The notes beneath the pieces were generated by a model. It searched no databases and was not told where the DNA came from. It worked only from the letters and a program-made list of their open reading frames with translations. From Macrostomum lignano (Eukaryota): 64,000 nt of DNA. A program made the translations under genes and the position numbers. The stretch is from the NCBI GenBank assembly GCA_002269645.1, contig NIVC01003517.1:73738-137737 (forward strand). The letters are read 5' to 3'. This document shows, in pieces, positions 10,340 through 21,886 of the stretch; within the stretch, counting starts at the first letter, position 1, and every line of letters starts with the position of its first letter.

Positions 10340-11833
10340 AAATATGACCCCAAGCTGCTGCTAGAATACTCTCCAACTCTTGTCACACTTCAACATGTAC
10401 CTAAGAAATTTGCATATAGTTGACCCTGATTCACTGATGTCATTTCGACAGTCAGATTCCATCACCCTATTTGTTGCATTTTGATCACACTGCGGTGACA
10501 CTGCTGTCTCACTGTGGAAACTCTGCATGCTGTCTCACTGCGGTAACTCTGCTGTCTCACTGCGGTAACTCTGCATGCTGTCTCACTGCGGTAACTCTGC
10601 TGTCTCACTGCGGTAACTCTGCTGTCTCACTGCGGTAACTCTGCATGCTGTCTCACTGCGGTAACTCTGCTGTCTCACTGCGGTAACTCTGCTGTCTCAC
10701 TGCGGTAACTCTGCTGTCTCACTGCGGTAACTCTGCTGTCTCACTGCGGTAACTCTGCTGTCTCACTGCGGTAACTCTGCTGTCTCAATGCGGTAACTCT
10801 GCTGTCTCACTAACTCTGCTGTCTCACTGCGGTAACTCTTGAAATAAAAGTTGAAATAAAAACTTTAATAGTCGGGCTTCCAGTACACGGTACCAGTTAC
10901 TACGAGCAAAAGGTTTTACTTTTACTATTTTCAGTTACTACTTTCTATTTCAAATTTTCATCTTTCAAATATTTTTAAAGGTCATTTTCAGAACCTGGTG
11001 ATAGGGAATAAATGAGTGAATTAATGCTTTAGTAGAAAAAACTACTCATGTCAGACTGCTGTCACCGTTTAGTCTATCGGACTCTTGGCCGTTTTTGGCC
11101 TTTTTCAAGCCTCAAAATGACTGCCAGCTGTTTGAGAGAACTACCAAATTAGGAATTACATCCAGAAAACATAAATATATATAACCTATTAACTACTAAC
11201 TAAGCAGTCGTGTATTGAACGGTAACAAAAGTCCCATGAGTAAAAAAACATAGCAGTAAGAAATTACGAGAGATGAACTATATCTGGATACAAACAGACG
11301 GTTACCTAATTGTTAACGGACGACAGACATGCACATTTTAAAAGTACTTTCCTCTCTCCACACGCATAAATATTTTTCCTGTTGAGCTGCGTCCAAAAGC
11401 ATCTTGCTCACTTCTCGCAGTTGGTGGCGATAGGAAGGCGTAAAAAGAGAACAAAATTATCGCCATTTATTGTTGGCCCTCTGCAACGCAGTCAATTGTT
11501 TGTTTGTTAAATAAACAGAAACAGAACATTTTAAACGATACAGTGAGCCAAGAGTGAAGTATGCAGCAATAAACAGTCGCTCGCAGAACTTCGCCTTTGA
11601 TACATCTAAACTCCTTACTTTTCTTCTAAAAAACGGTAGCAACCTGTGGTTTCAACTAGACATGTCTCTTATGCAGCTGCTCACTGTCTAAAACTCAGTT
11701 GTACCGCAAGTGCTCATTCAAATCTAACGAAAAACACATGACAAAGAGAAACATAGAAAAAAAAAGTTTTTCACCTTAACTTCTGCATCGCGCTACACGC
11801 GCAAACCAGTTGTCTGCAGAAAAACAAAGCCAA
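10340..11833. repeat. 3' flank of sacsin B, paralogous to the 3' flank of sacsin C (36920-39062)
   Basis: Shared blocks such as ttttcatctttcaaatatttttaaaggtcatttt, gggaataaatgagtgaattaa and tagttgaccc(t)gattcactg show the duplication unit extends about 1.5-2 kb beyond the stop codon. Confidence 0.85.
10488..10839. repeat. 22-bp minisatellite (CTGCTGTCTCACTGCGGTAACT)n with 26-bp (+GCAT) variants, ~15 units
   Basis: Read directly. Confidence 0.92.
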
Positions 11834-14800
11834 CTACAAGTCCCTCACAAGTAACTCTGAAAACTCGGACGAGACGCGCCGTTCGACGCCCTCCGCTCCC
11901 TGCAGAGCCCGCGCCGCCTGCTCCGCTCCGAAGACCTCAGACGGAACCCGCGGTCGGCTGCAGTCGCTCGGGTACCGACAGTCGTCCACCATGGCGCCCG
12001 CCAGGTCGGCAACGTGACCGGCCAGGCTGCTCTGCAGGTCGCTGCTCGAGACGCAGCTCAGATGCTGGCTCAGCTGGTGGCTGCGCTCGATGGGCTGACC
12101 CTGTCTCAGCAGCAACGCCTTCAGTGCCTTCTCGGTAGCCTGCCAGCTGATGTAGCAGACCCAGTTGTACTCTCCGGCCTCAGCCAATCGCGCAGCCGAG
12201 CGCAGGTCGTGCCGCGCCGTCTTCAGGTACCTCGCAGCATCGTCAGGCGACGGTTTGGCAAAGTTTGCGCCGCCTGAACTGCAGTAATAACTGCCAGACC
12301 GGCCAGGGTAGCGGAAAGCGCCGCCGCTACCGCCGGCACCGCTGCTCCAGCCTCCTCCTCCGTAGCTTCTTGATCGCATGGTGACGACAACTTCCTCTGC
12401 GATGCGAATCTGCCGGTACCTGGTAACCCGAGCTGTCTGCTCTCGCCATCCACCAATGCACTGATCGAACTGTCGGGTCCATCCATGATTAGCAGCGCGC
12501 GTTCGCACCTGGTTTAATGACTCATCCGAGTTCGAGTAGTGAGCCAGTATGCGCTGAAAAATCTGGCGCTGCTGCTCGGTCGGCAGAGAAGCTGCGCTGC
12601 TCAGCAGATGATCCACCGTTGTTGCAATGTCCTCACCATTATTTTGGTTAGCTTGGGCGAAAGACCGCTCTTCAAAGGAGAACAGCGCAGACATTGAAAC
12701 ACGTAATTTCGAACCTTCACCGATTTTAATAGTAAACTCGCTAGTCCACGGGTTATCGCTGCCACCAGGATGTCTTTCCACTACCCGAGCGTAAACAAGT
12801 CTTCCTTCGTCATTTCTGTAAGCCACAATTTGGTTCACAATGTCCCTTGGTCTATCTGGCAGTTGCTTCAGTAGACACTGCTCAAACTCCGGTACAGGTT
12901 CACCGAGCACTGAGTCATCGGTTGCGCTTGGCTCTGTAAACTGCTGCTCACTGGTCTGGTGCAGTGCAATTCCTAGTCCGCGCAGAACGGCCAGCATGCT
13001 GTCTGGACTGTCCATAAGAAGCACCTGAATCAAATAACTTTTCTGCTCTGGAAAAATGTTGACACCGTAATTCAAAATCTGCATTATAATTTTGATAAAG
13101 TCCATCTGCCACAGCTGCCTTCGGTCACCGCTCATCTCGTCCGGAATCGTAGAGTGATTCATGAGAATCCGCTGCCCATCCAGAAAGAAGTTCTTGTCCT
13201 GTTCCGAGTCCTGCTGCTCGACACCATCCAGAAGCAGGCACGTACGCAACTCGGAAAGACATACAACCGAGAAGTGAGATATCAGAGATTTCACTGCAGC
13301 CAGTCGCTCGTCTCCTTTGCCAGAAAGATCCTTGTTGCCATGCAGCATGATGCTTACGATGCACAGGTGCAGCGCTGGGTGGCTCAACTTAGCTTGCAGA
13401 CCGAGTAGGGACTCACAGCGCTCACCATCGCTGCACAACTTATTTGTGTCTGAAAGCAGCCTCTCGCTTACGTTGTCGCTCAGTTTCTTCAGGCCCATGT
13501 CGGCTGCGAGATGAAAGTACAGCCTCTGAAGCTTGTCAGTGCCCAGCTTGCAGAAGCTCAGATCAAGGAACTGTACTTCCTGCGCGTCCACCAATCGATT
13601 GTTGTGCACCTCTGAGTCGTTGATGGTCAGACACCTGCAGTCTACCAGTTCGAAAGCGGCTTCCGTGCTGCTGTCTTGATGCTGACTTCTTTTAGGCAGG
13701 AAGAGCACTCTGTCGGACTGGAACTGGAGCCTGCCGCCCCGCTCCAGCAGCACTATGATACTCGATAGACAGTGCGACACTGACTTCAGCTGCTCTGCAC
13801 GAAGCGAGCCTTGTTGCTCATTCTGAATCAATTCCAATCCAAGTCGAAGTTGCTCGATTGTGGCAGACTCTGTAGCTCCAAGTTTTGCAAACAGCTTGCG
13901 GAACTGTGAAAATTCTTGAGGACACTCGTAGATGTAAGGCAGAATAGCAGAATTTTTATCGTGAGTAGTTCTGTTGGCTGATATAAAAAATGATTTATCG
14001 TCCTCACGTTCGATTAGCACAAACGGAATGTCTTTCAGAAATAGAATTGACTGAACTGCTGCAGAATACATAATGGTACTCAGCCTTGAGTACACAGAAT
14101 GCATGACATAGCTTCTCAGTGTTGCAACTTCGCCTCGAAGATCAGCTGACGTGAAGGTCGCTGCAGAGAAAAGGTTGACAACGTGGCGCAGAAAAATGGC
14201 ATCAGAAACTGGCATCGGTGAGTTTGCAAAGCAGCTGCCCTGGCCAACACAGCTCGGTCCGTAGGGCATGGCAGTCCAGCACAGGAAGCGAGCCTCGAAC
14301 AGGGCGCACTGGGACAGACTCGCCATTCGAATTCGATCGCTCTGGCAAAGGCTCTGAAGAGCGCCGTCGCTGTTGGCTACAATAAATTGAATTCCTGCCA
14401 GTTGTCGGACTACATGTTCGGTTATCTCTTTGCGGAATTTATAGCTGTCGATAAACTTGAGCAGAGCTTCCGATTTCTTAGATAATTCATCTGTGATACC
14501 ACTGGCTCCTTCTGTTTGCAGCTCACTGGCGAAGCTGATGGCAATCGCGGCTGTGCATTCCAAGATCAGACCGGAAAATTTCATCAGCGTTCTCCATCGC
14601 TCTTCATTGTACGGCGTTGGCAAGAAGCATTGTGGCTGAAGAAACTTTTTGAAAATTTCAACATAGCCATCATAAAACGTGTTGACGCTCCGCCATTGCC
14701 CGTCAAACGGAATGAGTTTGGCTGTGCTGAGAGACTGACTGAGCATTTGGAACTTGTTAGGGTCCTCCACTTGAACTCTTTCGAACTTCCAGCTCAGCTT

Positions 14801-16601
14801 GAGAAGTTTTTCGAGATGCTTTTTTCGAGTGTCGTCGGTGAACTTGGAGAACACTGGCAGGATAAACCTCGCATAAACCTCAAGCTCTGCCATCTCGTCG
14901 CATTGAAGCTTTGCGTACAGCATCGTGAGAGACCGGTTTGCCTTCAAGAAGACGGCCCGGCTGGAGCTCTTCCACTCGTCCATCTCGTCGGCCACGAGCG
15001 ATGCCGGCAAGATGCAAGCCTGATCGGAGTTAGGAGCGCAGCAGCGACCGTCAGAAGTGACAAACACCGGTAATTGACGCACTCTTGCAAGGAGATTCTG
15101 CTCTCCCATTCTCTTACTTAGCTCTCCCCAGTTGCTCTGAATGTACACCAAAAAGCTCACAGCCTGCTTCTCAGTGGTCACAGATCTCTCAGAGTTCTCA
15201 TTTAGAGCGAACTCCATCACTCTCAGCATGGACTCGGGCTGTCTGACGTTACCACATAGACTGCTGACCAGCTTCAAGCCCATCATGCTGAGCGAAGGAG
15301 CGTTGAGTTGCTGCAGAGACTCCTCAACTGCTTTGCTGCAGTCATCGAGACCGTCTTTGATTGGCTCATAAATACAGGGCGCTAGTGAGAGGCTTGCAAA
15401 GCGAGACTGGCTGACAGGAATCAGGTGTGCACAGCTCAGTCCGGCAGTGGATAGATTTTGCATTCTTGCATTCTTATTAGTGCATTTGTTGTCCAGAAAC
15501 TCCCACACTCGATTCAACCATTGTTCGAGAAACTCAGCTTCCATTCCAAACTCTGAATATGGTAAAAAGGCAGTGTCAGTCCTGCAGATTGCGGCATGCT
15601 CCCTGTGCAGAAGAGTGCAAAGATCCATCAGCTGAAACTTTTTGCACAACTGTTTCTGGATTAAATTGTTTTTCTTATTTTGATCGAGCTGAAACAAAAT
15701 TTTCTTGTGCACAAACTCGTGCTTTGCTTCGCTGTGTGAAAACAAGTCGTGGAATTGAGTGAGAAACAGAGGTGTCCGTCCATTGTCAAACTCAGAGAGT
15801 CGGTTTCCGGCTCCTAAGTTCAGGGGCACTCCGATGAGATGCTGCACTTCGTCTTGCAATTCATCAAGCAGATATTTGAGCAGGCTTACAACGGCCTCTG
15901 GTGTTTGAAATGATGACGTGCTCACATCACTCGGCAACGAATCTCGAAGTTGCTTGCACGCTGGACCCCTGAGAAATGCGCAAATTGACACAGCATCAGC
16001 TACAGGGCTGAACTCCAGCTGGCTCGACTCAAGCGACTGACGAAGGCCTACATGATCCGGGACCATGATGGGAAATCGCAGTTTACTCAGGATGTTCTGA
16101 AGAAACGCGGTCAAATTGTACGGAGTCAGGAATGCAGCACTACCGCTGACATCACCTGAGCTCTGTGCTAGCGGCAGCCACTTCAGCTGCTTTTCAAGTA
16201 CAGAGTGCACAGGGAAGATGGCCCATCGAAATCGAAAGGCGTTTTGGAAGACAAGCTTTGCAAGCTGGCCCCACAGCGTCTGATTGCTTGCGTGGTACTC
16301 TGGAAGAAGGCTGTAGAAGTGGTGTACGTTCTGCACATTCGGATAAACTGTTTTTGCTGCTTCGAGTAGACTGCCATAGCAGTCAGGCAGAAGCTGTGTG
16401 GCCAGCACTTGGTTCCATTGCTCCTTGACATCCACAGCTCCATCCGCCTTCCACAGAGATCTGCGCGATGGGTCCAGAATGAAGTGACCGTTCACGTGTA
16501 CAGGAAGTGCAGTCGTCACAGGCAATGGCAGCAGACAGTAGACGTGACCTTCAACCCTGCATGTTTCAGTCATGGAAATGGGAGCAGCGACTCCGGTCTT
16601 T
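11834..16601 (-). pseudogene. SACS-like: Sacsin-like copy B, 3' half (second middle region, SH3-like segment, degenerate J, Gly linker, HEPN), separated from the 5' half by the EnSpm insertion
   Basis: ORF 11834..16573 (1579 aa) is in frame with the 5' half once the element and one TT copy are removed. The restored join reads WRLLP-K-TGVA, as in copy C, giving 2981 aa in total. HEPN segment: DDAARYLKTARHDL...QATEKALKA...RSHQL...RYP. Confidence 0.9.
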
Positions 16602-17277
16602 CCCTAGGGACCCAAAATGGACAAATAATGCATTTTCAGAATCTAATGACAAAATAGTGCATTCTTGGTGCATTATATGTACGTGCATTTTTAATGCATT
16701 TTTAGTAAAAGTTCTATCTACACTATTTAACAAAATAAGCATGAATTTAGTTCAAGATTGGCTTTATTGCGCATCTGTGTATTTATAAATTATACTTCCG
16801 TTGCTAACTTTGAAGAACAAATAATAAAACGTGGTGCGATAAAAATGCATTATTTTCTGTAACAATTATCAAATTACAAATGCATTTTTTATATCCAGCC
16901 GTAGCGAATTAGACCATCACAAATTGAAATTAAAATGGCGGTCTAATTGCGTGCTGGATTATTTTGTTGCTCGAAGCGAAATTCGTAATTAAATTTCTAT
17001 TTCAGGTTCTTATCTAGCAAACAAACTTACATTCGTACGCAAAAATTGGGTCGCTTTTGTTATTTCTCTATAACATAGCTTGTTCAATCGATTTTGATTG
17101 TCGAAATAAAAGCTTTGTTTTCTTCACTATTTTATGACATCCTCTCAACAATTTAATTGCATTAATCAATCTGGTGTGACAATTATTCCAATTTCTAATT
17201 ATTCCAATTCAGTTAATATATTATTATTATAGGTTTGAATTTATTGACTTCAGACACTAAGAGTTGGTGGATCTTGA

Positions 17278-20200
17278 ATGGATCTTGCGGCTGGTTCAAG
17301 TAGGCGCTCTTCGAATAGAGTAGTGAAACCAGTGCAACGATTGGCAAATTCTGCTGCGTCATTTTATGATTCGAAGTACCTACTATTCTTCATTCGAAAG
17401 ACAAGAACTTATCATAACTTTTCCCGTGGCAGTCTTGCACTTAGCCATAATGAGCCTGATGTGAAATTCATTTTTGTAAGTAATTTTTTGCTTACTTACT
17501 AGGCCCAGGCCTAATCCTAGTAATTGTTACAAATGCTATTGCATATTGTATACAAAATTCTGCAGGATTTGAAAAAATAAATAAATTGCTTGAGTGCATA
17601 TGGCTTAAAATGAATGTAGTTTTGTGTGCCTAACTATCAAATATCTATTAACTCCTACAAATATATTTATTAGGGCCTAAAGTTAAATGAAGCTAAATAG
17701 TTTTTTATATTGTTTTACTAGTAGGCTGGGCTTCTATAGCCATATGCCTAGTTTAGGCCATGTAGGGAGTAGGCCCTGATGCCCAACTATAGAACTAGTT
17801 AGGTATTTTTTAGTGAATTAGGCTTATTCTAAGATTTCATCTTTTTATAGTTTTAGTAATACTAGGCCAAGGCTGTTTAATTTGCAAAAGACTACTTTTT
17901 AGTGCTTGAAATAGGCTGTTTAGTTGCTATCAATGTTAGAGTATGATTAGCTAACTCATGCATAAAGAACTATGGTTGGTTTGGCTAGCTTTCCTTTCTT
18001 TTCTATATGTTCTCTATTCTAAGTATAGAGAGAATATATTGGGCTGTTAGGAAAATTCTGTCCGTTTTGACTAAAATATGTTGGAGCGAGTTTTTATAGG
18101 AATGCAGCAGTGTTACTCAGTAAAATAATTGCCATCGCAATCGATGACCCTCTGCCAACGAGAGGGCAGACTTTGGATGCCAGCTCTGTAGAAATCCTTG
18201 GGCTGTGATTCAAAAAAGTTAGTAATGCAGTCCTTGACCCCTTTGTCATCTTCAAACGTTTTCTCTTTCAGATGATGGTGCAGCGCTCGAAAAAGATGGT
18301 AGTCTGTAGGGGCCAGATCGGGGCTGTACGGTGGGTGGGGCAGCACTTCCCAGCCCAGATCCAGCAGCTTTTGTCGGGTCAAATTGGCGGTGTGCGGCCG
18401 AGCGTTGTCATGAAGGAAGCGAACATGCTGACGCCCTGGACGCTGTGTGTGGAGGCAGTCGGCCACATTCTGCAGCTGGTTACAGTAGAGCTCGGCGGTG
18501 ATGCTGGTGTTGGGCGGCAGCAGCTCGAAGTATACAACTCCTTCACTGTCCTACCAACAGCAGAGCATCACCTTCTTAGGGTGCAGTGGGGCCTTTGGCT
18601 CTGGCTGTGGCGGTTTGCCGGCATCAACCCACTGGCGCTTGCGGTGTATATTAACGTACATCACCCACTTCTCATCGCCAGTGAGTATTGAGGCCAGCCA
18701 GTCTGTTGTTCTCTTGTAGGAGAGCAGTGAGGTGCAAATGTCTGCTCGGCTTTGACGGTCCCTGTCAGTCAGGTCATGGGGGTCCACTGTCCGAGCTTGC
18801 TTTTCTTGCCCATGGCAGCCAGGTGTTCAGCGACTTGCACATGGGAGCACCCAAGAGTGGCTGCCAGCTCTCGTGTAGTCTGGTGCGGATTGGCCTCCAC
18901 AAGTGTCCGCAGCAGCTCAGTGTCTATCTCAGATGGGCGTCCAGGGCGAGGTTCGTCAGCAAGGCTGTAGTCGCCGCTGCGAAAGCGATCAAACCAACGA
19001 CGGGCTGTGCGGTCAGAGACAGCATCCTGGCCAAATGCACTGCACAGGCGTCGAGTCGATTCGGCTGCTGTAATACCTGCTAGAAAATCATATAGCATGC
19101 ACTGCCTTAGAGCGATGCTGTTTAATTCAAAATTTCTGGCCATAATTGGGCGCTGAAAAGCAAATGACTTGGTTAGAATGACCACAACTCTGGCTGTATA
19201 TGCATACACAAGTATTGGATCCAACACAGCTTCATGATCCTCTGCATAGAAAAATAAAAAACGGACAGAACTTTCCTAACAACCCAATAGAATTTTGGCC
19301 ATTTTTAAATGTCTTATTGTCTATTTTTTTAATATATATTTTGTATAATGTATTCATTTTCAAACTTGACTGCCTTCATTGATTTTTATAACATTTTATA
19401 TAGTGGTCTCAGTATGTTTATATATCTATTTATCTATGAGCTATTTTATTCCTATGCTAAGCCTAAGGTGTTCAATTCATAGGAAGGTCTATTTGCTGAT
19501 AAGGTAGGCCCTATATTCTATCCAATAGCAAGTTTACTATTTGAACTATTGTCCAGTGCTTTAGTTTTCTATTTTAATATTTCTTATACTTTTAGTTTTC
19601 CTAGTATTTTAATAGGCTATATTTGCCAACTCTATTAAGCTATCTAAAGTTTTATTTTAGTTAAGTTTGTCTATTTTTCCAATGGATTTATTCTCTTTAG
19701 CTTGTCTATCTTTCTAAAGGACTCTTTTGTTTAGTTTGTCTAACTTTCTAATAGGCTATATCTATTTTGTTAACTATTCTAAAAAGAATTTTCTATTTAG
19801 TTTGTTTATAATTCTTAATTAAAAAATTAATTTGGTCTAATATTAGCTCAAAATCTAATAATGAATCACATTTTTATTTTAGGGTGAGGACTACCCACTT
19901 GCTCTCAAGGATGGCATTTTCAATGGCATGTTCATTGCAGCTGAACCATGGTCAAAAATGATCTACCTTGAGAAGGAGCTTGATGCATTCATAACTGAAA
20001 ACAAGGAGAACTCCGAGCTCTCTGATCATGTCCAGTCTCATATGAAAGTCTTCATGAGACAACAAGAAGACTCAAGTGATGAAGATGCAGGTGATATTGA
20101 CGATTCGGATGATGATGAGACCTGGCAGCCTACTCCGCCTCCTACTCAGGTTTCTTTTGTAAGCCCAAGTCCAGTTTCGACACCTACAGCTGCTCATTCT

Positions 20201-21426
20201 CGTGCTAGGAAGCAATCTCAAGGCAGTCTAGCAAACAAGCGGCCAAGGACAGCTGGTACTCATGTTGAAGACAGACACCAAAATTCTGAGGCATCATTGG
20301 CTTTAATTGCAAGTGAGGAACAGCGTGCCTTACCACCGGAACTACTTCCTCAAGTTCTTCAGGCTCATGAATCAGCAAAGGCAGCAAGTGCAAACGATCC
20401 CACAAATTCCAAGCCTCTCACACTGGCTGAATTTCAGGAAGGAATGGGTAAGGTTTAATTATTTCTTTCTTGTGCTTTTGTTTTTATGCTTTATTCTCAT
20501 TATCTCAGTGTAATACAACTTTTTTACTCACAAATCCTGCATTTCGTGCTGCTTATGTAATCACTATCAGTATAGTACAAATGTGAAACACCAAATGTTT
20601 CAGACAGTTTGAAGCGGTTCATCGCTCACAAACTGAGGAAGATTCGCACTTCATCATCCAGCTTGCATCAAATGGTATCAGCTGATTTCCTTAAGGAGGT
20701 AGGTTTCTCAGTTTCTGTGCAAATTAATTTACTTTCTTTACTAACCATTTACTATAAAATTATTATATGCTTTACTTTGCCATTTTACTTTACTGTTTTT
20801 CTTATTTTTCGCTCTTCTTCATGTGGCTTGACGTTTTCACATTTCACTGACATTTATCATGACATAATCCAAACAATCGGTCCTGAGTACCAATTTTCTT
20901 TGTACTTTTTCGTAGGAATTTGAAGGCCACGATGGGCGAGTTTGCAATTTCTCAGATCTGCCTCGTACAACGACGTCGAAGTTCATCAGGGCATATGCTT
21001 CTGCGAGGTATGGCGTCGAGTATGTGCAATCGCATGTTTTCGGAGAGTACAAAGGCACGACACAAAGGCCAAAGGCTCCAGGAGAAGTGCAAGACCATCT
21101 TAAGAGTAAGCGATACAATTTCTTTGCAACTGAATGTTTTTTGGCAACTGACTTAGTATTGTGGGCATTAGATGGATGCAGGTCATTCTATATAGTCTTT
21201 TAAAGCTAAAAATTCAAACTGGCTCACTGTAGCCATTCCATTGTTGGAAAATGTTTGTGTGAATTTGCTGCTACTATAAAATCTTTCTTAAAAAAAACTA
21301 GGCATTCTGAACAAGGCCTTCAATATCCCGAGGGATCAAACGGTTTCTGCGTGGACAGCCGTCAAAGACTCTCTGAATCGACTTGGTCCAGAGTCAACCT
21401 TCCGCAAGCGAAAGGCCGGTGATTAG
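17278..21426 (+). CDS. EnSpm accessory gene (~390 aa, 5 exons: 17278-17475, 19883-20447, 20604-20698, 20916-21105, 21302-21426); acidic/Ser-Pro linker and BEN-like C-terminus
   Basis: Manual splicing with GT-AG introns gives consistent phases (0,1,0,1) and 1173 nt = 391 codons including the stop. C-terminus: ...SKFIRAYASARYGVEYVQSHVFGEYKG...HLKSILNKAF...AWTAVKDSLNRLG...FRKRK. The BEN call is pattern recognition only. Confidence 0.72.
18039..19287 (-). mobile_element. Mariner (Tc1/mariner, DD34D) element, 1249 bp, nested in intron 1 of the EnSpm accessory gene
   Basis: TIRs TTGGGCTGTTAGGAAAATTCTGTCCGTTTT / AAAACGGACAGAACTTTCCTAACAACCCAA. TA TSD at 18037-18038 and 19288-19289. Confidence 0.93.
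18113..19143 (-). pseudogene. Mariner transposase with one -1 frameshift (~18780) and one premature stop (18551-18553)
   Basis: Motifs WTPH(D)L, TGDEKW, LHDNARPH and YSPDLAPTDYHLF are present. The frameshift lies in a C run; TGG>TAG occurs in the CCW(W)D motif. Confidence 0.9.
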
Positions 21427-21886
21427 ACTGACGGCTAAACGTGTGTCGCAATATTTTAACTGAAGATGCAATCACCCAACTGCCATTCGACATGTAACAA
21501 ACTATAACGTTTTTGAACTGAATCGATCCCTATTTTACGTTATCTGCGCTAAAGTCAAACTCTTACTCTGTAGTGTTTTTTTAATATAAAATGAAGCGAC
21601 TACCTTAATTATTTTTTTAGAATAATAACTGTTGCGTTTGAAAAGTGTTGGCACTCTTTGTATGGGTAGTTAGGATACCCTTAATGATTTCCGTAGTCGT
21701 TCAAAATGTATATATGTGGAAGAATCTAAACTCCTTCAACTTTAACGCCACCGAGCTAATTTATTCCACTTCATTTCATATTTATCGATAGATGATGGTG
21801 CACATTCTTATTTCGATGGCACGGGTACGTAATTTTCTCCAAACTTTTCAGTCTATCCTAACACTCGTAGAACTGAAGTTGAAATT

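Noticed and set aside
10488-10839. Short direct-repeat arrays (also 32205-33085 and 51768-54285) as possible CRISPR arrays
   Set aside because: Units are contiguous with no unique spacers, there are no cas genes, and the context is a eukaryotic genome with spliceosomal introns.
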